The position numbers and the translations under genes were made by a program. Shown here piece by piece: positions 36,321 to 45,559 of a stretch of DNA of 46,142 nucleotides (positions are counted from its first letter, which is position 1; each line of letters opens with the position of its first letter). The notes beneath the pieces are model-generated. The model ran no database searches and was not told where the DNA came from. It saw only the letters and a program-made list of their open reading frames with translations. This DNA is from a virus (Duplodnaviria; Caudoviricetes). The stretch spans positions 1 through 46,142 of the IMG/VR virus record IMGVR_UViG_3300032320_001458; one strand, 5' to 3'.

Positions 36321-36602
36321 TTAGAATACGTTTGACCATTGCCGAAGTTTTTCGACTTTTTGTTTTGCTGCTGAGTTAATCTTTTCTTTTGAAACGATAC
36401 CTTTATCTACAAGAATTTCAAACATAGCGACGAGATCACCGATTTCTTCTTCTAGATGGCAGCGATTTGTTTGCTTTCCGTTTGGTTTGTAGTTATTCAG
36501 ACCAAAGCGAAAGCATTTAGAGATAGCTTGAGCAACTTCTGAACACTCTTCTTGTGTGATCATTAGTGCTTCCAATTCTTTTTCATCAATATTCATATTC
36601 AT
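36321..36602 (-). CDS. MazG-like NTP pyrophosphohydrolase
   Basis: EECSEV.QAISK..RFG and LEEEIGD. Confidence 0.8.
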   Translation of the reverse strand: MNMNIDEKELEALMITQEECSEVAQAISKCFRFGLNNYKPNGKQTNRCHLEEEIGDLVAMFEILVDKGIVSKEKINSAAKQKVEKLRQWSNVF

Positions 36603-38803
36603 TATGCAATCATTCCAATAAAGCGATTAAGAACTACCCGAGAGTTCAATCGGGCACCTGTGTATTTTTTAAATGCAGAGACAAGACTTCGAGTTGTAGC
36701 ATTTTCTTTCACTTCAAGTACTACATCTTCAGATTCATCAAATCCGTCAGTACGAAGAAGATAGTATTCGTCATAGCCAGCAGTAGTGGCGATGCAGTAA
36801 TTATCTTTTCGAAATTCAGCGAATAGTCGATCTAGATTTGCTGATGAAGAGAAGAACTTTTTAGAATTCTGTCTAAACTCACGATTGCTGAGAATGTAGA
36901 ATCCAATTACATTACAGTTAGCACGAAGTTTCAACAATTTTACACAAGCAGAAGTCATCTCTGTAGATGATTCAACGGAATCAACAATGACTTGATTCTT
37001 TGTTACTGGATCTGTCAACATCAATCGAACTTTCGTGTAAGTTGATTTTCCTGTTGAGCGATCATAACCATAATCAATTGGAATAATTCTCTTCAGTTGA
37101 TAATTCACATTATCATCACATTCTTCATAGATATTATCGATGTTTGTACCTTCACCGTCTGTTAGAAATACAGTATTAACAATACAGAGATTGTATTTCT
37201 TTTTAAACTCAGGAACAATTTTCATCGCAGCAAAAACAGTTTCATTCAACGGAGTACCACCGAGATGCAACCATTGTGGTGCAACAATCCGTGCATACCG
37301 ACGTTCACTCTTTGCAGCAGCCAAAAGCATACTCATTGAGAAATGAAAATCAGCAGAAGACATCCTAGAAGAAAAAATATTCAATAGATTGAAATTGTGA
37401 ATGTAAACATCACCTTTCTTTGGAATCACCTGCATACCAACGGTACGATCACTTTCTTCATAATACTTTGTACTAAAAGCATACACTTCAAACGGAATAC
37501 TTACACGGCGACAAAACATAGTAAGCGAAATCAATTGCTTGACTGTCTTAGTCAAATGATCACCCATAGAACCAGACCAATCGATGAACATGATAAGACC
37601 ATGTGATTTGCCACCAGGCATAACAGTAATCTTCTTGAAAATATCTTCACTAAATTTGTATGCATACAGTTTAGATACATTCAGATCACCAGTCTTAGCA
37701 ACAGATGCACGTTTCGTCTGCTCGGCATTCTTGCGCAACTCAAACTCTTTTGCAAGATAAGAAACAATTTTCTTAGTCTCTGCATTGATTTTGGTCACTT
37801 CTTCAACATGACTCTCAGCTTTTAGTGTCCGATAGTCTTCACCCTCATCAATATTCTTCACATTCTCATAGAACTTCTTACCACGAGAAATAATCTCTTT
37901 GTAATCAACAACAACTTCATCTAGATTAATGTCTGGAACATTCGCATACTCGTACCGAATGTTCGATGCAAATAGTTTACTCTGATTGATATTGAACGCT
38001 TCATCTGTGTGTGAAACAATTTCATCACGCTCTTTAGTATTATCGTAATCGTCTCCACCACTATTGTTGAAACCGAATCCATCATCATCTTCTTCTGGAT
38101 ACTCTTCATCTTCTTCATCATCACCAAAATCATCGGTGGAGGCTTTCGGTGGAGGCTGGAAAATATCATCAGAGTCATCATATTGTTCATATTCATCATC
38201 ATCACCAGAATCATCTGGTTCAAACTGAACACTCTTCTTACGCTCTTCTTGCTCAGTCTTTAGATAATCCATGACTTTTTTAGTAACATCAAGAACATCA
38301 TCAAAAGATTCTGTGTTCTCCATCGAAGAAATGAGAGTTTTCTCATAAGAACTAAACTTATGATGATGAACCATGTTTGATTTGAAATAAAGATTAGCAC
38401 GATCAATAAAATTTAGTGTATCTGTATCAACACCCTTTGTACCGAAGAAATTCTTTTCGACAAGTTCTTTATAACCACGCACAAATCCTTGACGAATACC
38501 AGGATACTTTGTTTTGATCTTACGTTCGATCCGAGCATCCTCAATAACATTCACAACAGACTTAGTAAGATTCATTTCGCCTGCTGCCACAAGACCTTCA
38601 AGCGGAGTATACAACGCATGACCGACTTCATGACCGATCAACAGATCATATAGATCAGGTGAAATGTTAGAATCGAGAATTGGTACTGTAAGAATTCGAT
38701 TTTTTACATCGAAAGACGCAGTTTTGACGTTTCGCTGTTCGACAATCAGATTTTCTGACGCCATTAGCTTTGCAAGAAGTGATTTGTACTGAAAGTGTTC
38801 CAT
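36602..38803 (-). CDS. CobT-like protein: N-terminal HEXXH domain, acidic linker, VWA domain
   Basis: GHEVGHAL, EDARIE, DWSGSM MIDAS, GGTPL, LTDGE. Confidence 0.85.
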   Translation of the reverse strand: MEHFQYKSLLAKLMASENLIVEQRNVKTASFDVKNRILTVPILDSNISPDLYDLLIGHEVGHALYTPLEGLVAAGEMNLTKSVVNVIEDARIERKIKTKYPGIRQGFVRGYKELVEKNFFGTKGVDTDTLNFIDRANLYFKSNMVHHHKFSSYEKTLISSMENTESFDDVLDVTKKVMDYLKTEQEERKKSVQFEPDDSGDDDEYEQYDDSDDIFQPPPKASTDDFGDDEEDEEYPEEDDDGFGFNNSGGDDYDNTKERDEIVSHTDEAFNINQSKLFASNIRYEYANVPDINLDEVVVDYKEIISRGKKFYENVKNIDEGEDYRTLKAESHVEEVTKINAETKKIVSYLAKEFELRKNAEQTKRASVAKTGDLNVSKLYAYKFSEDIFKKITVMPGGKSHGLIMFIDWSGSMGDHLTKTVKQLISLTMFCRRVSIPFEVYAFSTKYYEESDRTVGMQVIPKKGDVYIHNFNLLNIFSSRMSSADFHFSMSMLLAAAKSERRYARIVAPQWLHLGGTPLNETVFAAMKIVPEFKKKYNLCIVNTVFLTDGEGTNIDNIYEECDDNVNYQLKRIIPIDYGYDRSTGKSTYTKVRLMLTDPVTKNQVIVDSVESSTEMTSACVKLLKLRANCNVIGFYILSNREFRQNSKKFFSSSANLDRLFAEFRKDNYCIATTAGYDEYYLLRTDGFDESEDVVLEVKENATTRSLVSAFKKYTGARLNSRVVLNRFIGMIA

Positions 38804-38828
38804 GTGATTTCCTGTTCGTAGTGTTATT

Positions 38829-38888
38829 ATAGTAACACGAACTCAGATTTCTGTCAAGTGGTCGCTTTTTTGTTGTATTTTTCAAACA
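38829..38888 (-). promoter_or_regulatory. Sigma70-type promoter with degenerate box
   Basis: TTGACA-17-TACTAT; TGTTG-N8-AAACA at 38871-38888. Confidence 0.65.
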
Positions 38889-39513
38889 GGTCTCGATATT
38901 CTTTGATAAAATCAAGACACTTAATAAGATCCACATCAAAATCTTCTACTAAAGAACTCTTACTCTGTGTTGCCATATATGCCTGAACCTCATCCTGCAT
39001 CACAATATCACTATAATTTAAACTTTTTAAGTATTTTACGACTTTTTTGTACTGTGATTTGTTTTTTTCAAATCTCTGTGTGATTTCATCAGCAGAATTT
39101 CGATATTCTTCGTTCATAAAGTACAACGCATGAGCAATTTCATGCTTAATTGTGAGTTTATCTTTTGCAATTGCACCAATTACATAGTATTTTTTACTTG
39201 TATCCAAGTTTTCACGAATAATTTTGATGAAATCTATTTCTCTAGCAGTTTTATTGCTACCAATTTTGAATTCCCACTCATCAATTATGTGTCCTGGTAG
39301 ATTAAATCCATCCCAGAAATTAAAATAGTCAAGATACCCCTCTTTATCTATGTGTTGCTCTAAAAATGTTTCAAGAGAAAATGGAATACCTCGTATTTCA
39401 TCATTATCAGACTCATAGTATTCTTGAATTCTGAAGAAAGTTAATGCTAAATCTTTTTGTTTTTTAAACTCAAACAATAAACAATTATCAAATGGTATCG
39501 ATAATTTATACAT
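38854..39513 (-). CDS. Hypothetical HEXXH protein
   Basis: RIQEYYES, GFN.P, HEIAH, DEVQAY. Confidence 0.7.
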   Translation of the reverse strand: MYKLSIPFDNCLLFEFKKQKDLALTFFRIQEYYESDNDEIRGIPFSLETFLEQHIDKEGYLDYFNFWDGFNLPGHIIDEWEFKIGSNKTAREIDFIKIIRENLDTSKKYYVIGAIAKDKLTIKHEIAHALYFMNEEYRNSADEITQRFEKNKSQYKKVVKYLKSLNYSDIVMQDEVQAYMATQSKSSLVEDFDVDLIKCLDFIKEYRDLFEKYNKKATT

Positions 39514-39679
39514 CTTTCTTTTTTAGTATTATAACATCATTCTCTGCTGAAATAGAGAGAGTGTCACCTTCTTTCCATCCAAGACTCTCAATCATCTCGT
39601 CAGGAAACTGTAATATAGCATCACCAGATCCATCATCAGCTTCCATAATTTCAGAAACGTACTTTTTCGTAAAATCCAT
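39506..39679 (-). CDS. AbrB/MazE/SpoVT-like DNA-binding protein (57 aa)
   Basis: GDAILQFPDEMIESLGWKEGDTLSI; absent from the ORF track. Confidence 0.7.
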   Translation of the reverse strand: MDFTKKYVSEIMEADDGSGDAILQFPDEMIESLGWKEGDTLSISAENDVIILKKKDV

Positions 39680-39844
39680 AGTGTTCCTTGACTTCTTCTA
39701 GTGTTTTGGGTCTATTTTCGTCAGTAAATTTACCTGTTTTCAAATCTATACCCATACTCTTTTCATATTGATCCTTAATTATCCATTTATTGATAATTTT
39801 AGTCAATTGTTTATGAGAATCTTCCATTTTAAGTGTCCTTTTAT

Positions 39845-40195
39845 TTATCTACGCATTTGTGCCATTGCTTTTGCTTCATCCGAAGAAAAAACAGGTACTG
39901 CATTCGATTTATGAAGAGTTCCAATACCTAGCATCTTATCTCCAGTGTAAATCTGTGATTTTTTCTTAGAAAGATTCACGGCACCAGTCGAATTAAGACT
40001 GGGAATATGCTTTGTGTCTCTTCCAGCTGGAATAGCCAAGTAATTACTACTGATTGTAGGGCTACTCTTTGCAGAAATCACAGATTTAGCTGATTGATGC
40101 TTCTTCAACCATTCTTCATATTCTTTTTGCGCAAGTTTGTAACCAGGCTTGTTTTTAACTTTGACCTTTTTTGAAGGTCTTGTGTGAATAATCAT
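39845..40195 (-). CDS. Conserved T4-like hypothetical protein
   Basis: YTGDKMLGIGTLHKSNAVPVF motif. Confidence 0.75.
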   Translation of the reverse strand: MIIHTRPSKKVKVKNKPGYKLAQKEYEEWLKKHQSAKSVISAKSSPTISSNYLAIPAGRDTKHIPSLNSTGAVNLSKKKSQIYTGDKMLGIGTLHKSNAVPVFSSDEAKAMAQMRR

Positions 40196-40221
40196 AATAT
40201 AAAATTCAAAAAAGATAAAGT

Positions 40222-40401
40222 TTACTTTCGATAATGATTTTTCTGTTCAAAGTCATTATAAAATGAATCTTCTTCAGAATATTTCATTTTACGCTTCATT
40301 TTTATTTGTTTTTTCTTATTTTTTTTATCCTTTTCGATGAAATTATAATCATCTGCATATTCATCTCGTTCCATACGAAATTTAGTTAAAAGTTTCGCCA
40401 C
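40222..40401 (-). CDS. Charged hypothetical protein (59 aa)
   Basis: GTG start after AGGAG; absent from the track. Confidence 0.55.
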   Translation of the reverse strand: MAKLLTKFRMERDEYADDYNFIEKDKKNKKKQIKMKRKMKYSEEDSFYNDFEQKNHYRK

Positions 40402-40432
40402 CGTACCAATCTCCTTTAGTTTAGTTAAAAAA

Positions 40433-40858
40433 TCATTTCAAAATATTAGGAAATACTTCCTGCACAAATTTTAGTGTAAGTCCTCTTACGCCTAAATCTT
40501 TATTAAAGATACCAATAACAACCTCTGCTTCTCTAGGTTCAATAGATTCTAGAAGTTGAAGCAATAGTTCTTTTTGTTTTTGATTAGTTAATCTTTCTGC
40601 TGTAGGATTACCCTTTTGAAAAAGGTATAATCTACGCAACTCTGTGCTTAGTTTTGCATGAGAAATACCAGGCAAAGTATCTGGTACTTTATATTCTTCT
40701 GGCATTTCTTTTACTAACCATTCAAATTCAGGATGAAATGCAAGTCTTATAACTTCTTCCAAGGTTGAAGAATAGTTTTTACGCAAAACATCAATTCTTT
40801 CTTGTTTTGTTTTTGCAAGTTCAAATTCGTCAAATATCTCGTAAATGTTTTTCATCAA
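40433..40858 (-). CDS. Conserved T4-like hypothetical protein
   Basis: L..E.RRLYLF.KG...QLLES..P.EAE...KD pattern. Confidence 0.75.
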   Translation of the reverse strand: MMKNIYEIFDEFELAKTKQERIDVLRKNYSSTLEEVIRLAFHPEFEWLVKEMPEEYKVPDTLPGISHAKLSTELRRLYLFQKGNPTAERLTNQKQKELLLQLLESIEPREAEVVIGIFNKDLGVRGLTLKFVQEVFPNILK

Positions 40859-40884
40859 AAAGCTCCATTACTGATTTATTTATC

Positions 40885-40913
40885 ATTTTATCACATATTT
40901 TTGAGGTTGTCAA
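40885..40913 (-). promoter_or_regulatory. Sigma70-type promoter
   Basis: TTGACA-17-TAAAAT. Confidence 0.7.
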
Positions 40914-41235
40914 GTATTTTATTCAAAACTGTGTGGGATGTTGTTGTTTTTCTACAAATAAAACCATACCATGAATGTGGAATTAGTCCAGATGCATACT
41001 CTAAACAATCGGTTAGTATTGCTTCAAAATAATCTAAATTAGCAACATTACCATCATTGTCTTCTTTGAATAGAACTATATGATATGAATCACCCATTTC
41101 ACTAGAATCAATTCTTTCGCCACGTTCAATATATTGAACAGTTTCTATGTCAACAACATCATCTTTTTCCAAGTTTGGTGTAAACATTAACATATCAAAA
41201 TCACCGTTTTTAAAATCTTTAAGAATTTCTAACAT
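40891..41235 (-). CDS. Hypothetical protein
   Basis: 114-aa ORF in operon. Confidence 0.65.
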   Translation of the reverse strand: MLEILKDFKNGDFDMLMFTPNLEKDDVVDIETVQYIERGERIDSSEMGDSYHIVLFKEDNDGNVANLDYFEAILTDCLEYASGLIPHSWYGFICRKTTTSHTVLNKILDNLKNM

Positions 41236-41641
41236 TATAACCTTTTATATGTGATTTTCTGACTCTTACCATAATCCAATTATTATAATAATCATCTTTT
41301 TCCATTACTTCATTTACAAACTGTTCTTTCGCTTCAAGATAATTACATTCACCTTTAGATTTACACAAATGAATAATTTTTCTACAAAATTTTTCTTCAC
41401 CAAATATTTGTAAATCTTTTTTCAATTCATCATTTGAACCAAAGTAAGTTTCCCAATCACTCAAAACTTTTACTCTTTTCTTTTTACCTTTGACTTGTTT
41501 AGTCTTAATAGAATAGAATAACTTTTTGCCTATGTATTTTTTATTTGTTTCTAAATTTTCAATTACATAAACAAAACCATAATTATCATCAATCATGTTA
41601 CTATCAAATATTACATTATTATAAATCCATTTTAATTCCAT
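41219..41641 (-). CDS. GIY-YIG nuclease (endonuclease II-like)
   Basis: GFVY.I.N...KKYIGKK, SDW..YFGS, YYN. Confidence 0.8.
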   Translation of the reverse strand: MELKWIYNNVIFDSNMIDDNYGFVYVIENLETNKKYIGKKLFYSIKTKQVKGKKKRVKVLSDWETYFGSNDELKKDLQIFGEEKFCRKIIHLCKSKGECNYLEAKEQFVNEVMEKDDYYNNWIMVRVRKSHIKGYNVRNS

Positions 41642-41820
41642 TCTTCTTCAAAATCATCTTCATCTTCATCTTCTAGATGCTCTTCTGATAATTCTTGTAT
41701 TAGATCACCACAAAAAGGGCAATGTTCTGGATATTCTTGTGCTACCAACTCTTCAGAATATTCAACCGAATATGTTGACTCGCAACTTGAACATTCTCCA
41801 GTTACTACTTTAATTGTCAT
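41632..41820 (-). CDS. Small zinc-ribbon protein
   Basis: CSSC...CPFCG, acidic tail. Confidence 0.75.
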   Translation of the reverse strand: MTIKVVTGECSSCESTYSVEYSEELVAQEYPEHCPFCGDLIQELSEEHLEDEDEDDFEEEWN

Positions 41821-41832
41821 GTGTTTCTCCTT

Positions 41833-42825
41833 TTAAGCCCAAACATCTGACCAATTTCCTTCAAGAGCACCTTTAGCATAATCTGTTGCACGATTCTCAA
41901 AGAAATTTGTATGTGTTGGAGCGTTAATCATTTCTTCTACCCAAGGTAAAGGATTCTTTTTAACTTTAAAGATACCCTTTAGACCCAATGAAATTAAACG
42001 TCTGTCTGCAATGTATCGAATGTATTTTTTAACGTCTTCAGATGTTAATTCTTCCATTTCATTAACGTCGAATGATAAATCAATAAATTTATCTTCTAAC
42101 TCAACCATTCTTTCAGCAATTGTATATATTCTAGATTTTAATTCATCATTCCAAATATCTTTATTTTCTTCAATATAAGTTCTAAATAGTTTAATCATAT
42201 TTTCGGCATGCATTGTCTCGTCTACAATCGACCAGGTGATGATTTGACCCATACCCCTCATCTTACCATGTCTAGGAAAATTTAAAAGCATGATGAAGGA
42301 ACTAAACAGTTGCATACCCTCAGTAAACGCTGAAAATACCGCAATATGCGTTGCTGTTGTCTCTCTTGATGCATTCTGTGATGAAATATTTGTAATATAA
42401 TCATGTTTATCTTTCATTGCTTCATATTCTAAAAACTGATTATATGTTGTTTCTGGAAGACCAAGCGTTTCAATCAAGTGAGAATATGCCGCAATATGCA
42501 ATGCTTCCCTTGCCGCAAATCCTAAAAGCATCATTCTAACTTCGGGTTGTGGAAAATGAGGCAAATAGTTCTTAACATATCCACCAGCAACATCAATATC
42601 ACCTTGCGTAAAAAATCTTAGAATATAAGTTAAAAATTCTTTTTCTTGATTTGTTAAACGCTTTTTCCAATCTTTTACATCTTCAGACATTGGAACTTCT
42701 GTATGAAGCCAATGTGATTGCTCATGTTTTAACCATGAGTCGTATGCCCAAGGATAATTGAATGGTTTAAAAAAAGATCTATCTACTGATAAATTATTAT
42801 TTTTTTTCTGTCTTGCCATCGTCAT
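41833..42825 (-). CDS. nrdB: Ribonucleotide reductase class Ia beta subunit
   Basis: FFTQGD, EALH..AY, EGMQLFSSF, DETMH, NFFE. Confidence 0.96.
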   Translation of the reverse strand: MTMARQKKNNNLSVDRSFFKPFNYPWAYDSWLKHEQSHWLHTEVPMSEDVKDWKKRLTNQEKEFLTYILRFFTQGDIDVAGGYVKNYLPHFPQPEVRMMLLGFAAREALHIAAYSHLIETLGLPETTYNQFLEYEAMKDKHDYITNISSQNASRETTATHIAVFSAFTEGMQLFSSFIMLLNFPRHGKMRGMGQIITWSIVDETMHAENMIKLFRTYIEENKDIWNDELKSRIYTIAERMVELEDKFIDLSFDVNEMEELTSEDVKKYIRYIADRRLISLGLKGIFKVKKNPLPWVEEMINAPTHTNFFENRATDYAKGALEGNWSDVWA

Positions 42826-42835
42826 TTGTTATTCC

Positions 42836-43072
42836 TTAAAAAAATCTTACATATATCGCATATACGTTTATAAAAACGAAATAGAAATTTTGGGCAAATA
42901 AAACGTTATCTTTTTTATAAAAAATATAGCTTAAAAAACTATGAGCTATAACAAAGCCAAAAAATGCATACTGACTTATAGATATATTTAAAGCTAATAG
43001 TGTACCACCAATCACAAACAAAGATACAGCCAAAAATTTTAATACATTATCTTTCACAAACATTTTAGTCAT
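42836..43072 (-). CDS. Small multi-TM membrane protein
   Basis: 78 aa, about three hydrophobic segments. Confidence 0.6.
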   Translation of the reverse strand: MTKMFVKDNVLKFLAVSLFVIGGTLLALNISISQYAFFGFVIAHSFLSYIFYKKDNVLFAQNFYFVFINVYAIYVRFF

Positions 43073-44071
43073 TTATCTAGCACTTATTAAATTATCTTTA
43101 AATATCTTCCAACAGTTTTGCCACGTCCATTTATTCGAAGACTCTTGTACTCTATTTCTATCCAAGTACAAGCAACCTTTAATACACTCATATAAATTAT
43201 TTCCTACATATCCATTGACTCCATTTACAATAACATCTTTTGGTCCAGTAACATCATATGCGGCAACAGGAACACCAAGACTCATAGCCTCAATCATCAC
43301 TATACCGAATGTATCATTTGTACTAGGAAAACAAAATACATCGGCAGACACATAATGATTTGCCAACTCAGTTCCAATTTTATATCCTACAAATTCTACT
43401 CTATTATACTTTTTTTCTAGTTCTTTTCTATAAGGACCATCACCGACAATCACAATATTAAAATCATTTTGATATTGACAAAGATCATCTAGATTCTTCT
43501 CTTTCGAAACTCTACCAACATAAAGAACTTTTGGAACAATCTGCTTCAAATGCTTTACGTTAGGATTCAGTTGCTCTCTATTTACTCCTCGACTCCAAGA
43601 GATTATATCAGATCTGAAGCCTTTTGTCTTCAACTCTTCTACCATAGAAGTTGTTGTAGTTAATACTCTACCGGAATGTTTATGGAACCATCTAACATAA
43701 CGATAAGTCAATTCAATGGGTATCTTATATAGAGTATATAAAAACTCTGGAAACTTCGTATGATAACTTGTGTTATAAAAGTATCCATTTCTATCACACC
43801 AGATTCTTGCTGCTAAACCTATGGGCCCTTCCGTAGCAATGTGAATGTGATCTGGATTAATCTCTTCAATTCTTTTTCCGATTCCTCGAGGCCAAGAGAT
43901 TTTAACTTCAGCATAACCAGGACAATCAATATAAGAGAACTGCCCGGGATCAATATAAACAAAATCGTACCCATCAGAATCAGCACATACTTCAATATTG
44001 TTAAAAGTCGAGACAACCCCATTTATTTGATCCTTTAGATTGTCTGTAACAATTAGAATTTTCTTACGCAT
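43073..44071 (-). CDS. GT4 glycosyltransferase, Agt-like (diacylglycerol glycosyltransferase candidate)
   Basis: ILIVTD...QINGVV, HIATEGPIG, SYHTKFPE, YVGRVSKEKN, DTFGIVMIEAM. Confidence 0.85.
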   Translation of the reverse strand: MRKKILIVTDNLKDQINGVVSTFNNIEVCADSDGYDFVYIDPGQFSYIDCPGYAEVKISWPRGIGKRIEEINPDHIHIATEGPIGLAARIWCDRNGYFYNTSYHTKFPEFLYTLYKIPIELTYRYVRWFHKHSGRVLTTTTSMVEELKTKGFRSDIISWSRGVNREQLNPNVKHLKQIVPKVLYVGRVSKEKNLDDLCQYQNDFNIVIVGDGPYRKELEKKYNRVEFVGYKIGTELANHYVSADVFCFPSTNDTFGIVMIEAMSLGVPVAAYDVTGPKDVIVNGVNGYVGNNLYECIKGCLYLDRNRVQESSNKWTWQNCWKIFKDNLISAR

Positions 44072-44822
44072 CTTCGTCAGTCTCTTGTTTATTCCATGTC
44101 ACTATTTCCCATCTACCATCAATATGTTCAACTAATGCAGTTAATGATTCAACCCAATCACCATCATTCATATAGATTATGCCATCTATTATTTTAATTT
44201 CTGCATGATGAATGTGTCCACATATAACACCATCGAATCCGCGTTTCTTACAATACTCTGCTAGATTTCTTTCAAATTGAAATATAAAATCTACAGCTTT
44301 CTTTACTCTATGTTTAAGGTATTTGCTAAGACTAAAGTACCCAAAACCAAGACGATGACGTATCCAATTGTATTTGCTATTAAGCGATAAAGTAAAGTCA
44401 TATGCTTTATCTCCAAGAAATGCTAGCCAAGGTGCAAGTCTAGTAATTCCATCAAATAGATCACCATGTGTTACTAGATATCTTTTACCATCAACACCGC
44501 GGTGTTCGTATTGATTATGAATCTCAATACGACCAAATGCAAGTTTATATTGCATGAATGGGCGTAAGAATTCATCATGATTACCAGCAATATAGATTAC
44601 TTTACTGCCGTCTTTGCTATAGTTTAAAAATCTACGAATTACATTAGAGTGACTTTGTTTCCATTGTAATTTGTTTTGTTGTATTTTCCAACCATCAATA
44701 ATATCACCAACAAGATATAATGTATCACAACTATTTTCTTTTAGAAAATTGTTTAATCTATCAGCCTTACATTCTTTAGATCCCAAATGAACATCAGATA
44801 TGAAGATTGATTTGTAATGCAT
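44064..44822 (-). CDS. LpxH2/PlcP-like metallophosphoesterase
   Basis: ISDVHLG, GDIIDGW, GNHD, HGD.FD, GHIH, NDGDWVES. Confidence 0.88.
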   Translation of the reverse strand: MHYKSIFISDVHLGSKECKADRLNNFLKENSCDTLYLVGDIIDGWKIQQNKLQWKQSHSNVIRRFLNYSKDGSKVIYIAGNHDEFLRPFMQYKLAFGRIEIHNQYEHRGVDGKRYLVTHGDLFDGITRLAPWLAFLGDKAYDFTLSLNSKYNWIRHRLGFGYFSLSKYLKHRVKKAVDFIFQFERNLAEYCKKRGFDGVICGHIHHAEIKIIDGIIYMNDGDWVESLTALVEHIDGRWEIVTWNKQETDEDA

Positions 44823-44831
44823 TTTACTCCT

Positions 44832-44921
44832 TTACCAGTGATGCCATGTGTTTAGTATAATATGTATGCAAGTAATCATTTCAACTATTCGAAACAACCA
44901 CCAAACAAAAGTATTATTCAT
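44832..44921 (-). CDS. 29-aa hydrophobic peptide MNNTFVWWLFRIVEMITCIHIILNTWHHW
   Basis: Fills the gap between aldolase and phosphoesterase; absent from the track. Confidence 0.5.
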   Translation of the reverse strand: MNNTFVWWLFRIVEMITCIHIILNTWHHW

Positions 44922-44922
44922 A

Positions 44923-45555
44923 TTATTTTATTTTATAATTACCACTCACTAGTACAATTTTACAAATATGCTCTAAACGTTCGATATGCTCGTATGCTCT
45001 CCATGGACTACTATCAATAGAAACAACACCATGACCTTTAATCCCAACGATATCATATTTAATATGACCACTAAAAGGATCAAGTTCTAATTTTTCATGA
45101 CATTGGTCTGCCAACTCTTGACTGATAGGAGGAACATCACCCACGTTAGGTGCTACTTTTGTATATCTACTAAGTTCTGGGAAATCTTTAACAAGATCAT
45201 TCAATTGAATCCCGGCATGCATAGCAGCAACACAATATGTTGGATGTAAATGTACCACTACGCGAACATCATTGCTATGTTGACCAAGATTTTTCTGTAA
45301 ACCAAAATGTAAAGGCAACTCTCCACTTGGTCTCAAATTAGCACTAATTGGCGTGTATTCCATTTCTTTCCAAGTATTGCCTGATACTTGTATCTTTTTA
45401 AACTGGTCTGGTTGTAGCGTTTGTTTCCTAACACCAGTAGGAGTTATATAGAAATGATCTCTATCGGAATAACGAATACTCACATTAGAGTCTCTACTGG
45501 TGCTCCAGTTACGTTTATAACCTTCTACTAATACGTCACAAACAGTTTCTAACAT
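44923..45555 (-). CDS. Class II aldolase/adducin family protein
   Basis: NVS.R, ITPTG, PSGELPLH, VVHLHP, GHG. Confidence 0.9.
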   Translation of the reverse strand: MLETVCDVLVEGYKRNWSTSRDSNVSIRYSDRDHFYITPTGVRKQTLQPDQFKKIQVSGNTWKEMEYTPISANLRPSGELPLHFGLQKNLGQHSNDVRVVVHLHPTYCVAAMHAGIQLNDLVKDFPELSRYTKVAPNVGDVPPISQELADQCHEKLELDPFSGHIKYDIVGIKGHGVVSIDSSPWRAYEHIERLEHICKIVLVSGNYKIK

Positions 45556-45559
45556 TTTT

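Noticed and set aside
41219-42825. Intron or homing endonuclease associated with nrdB
   Set aside because: nrdB is uninterrupted and the GIY-YIG protein is short and free-standing, without an extra DNA-binding domain.
981-44038. Opposite-strand or alternate-frame ORFs in the track (e.g. 1751-2197, 16309-16824, 25221-25409, 31478-32032, 33288-33761)
   Set aside because: Shadows of well-supported genes or tRNAs; no recognisable motifs.
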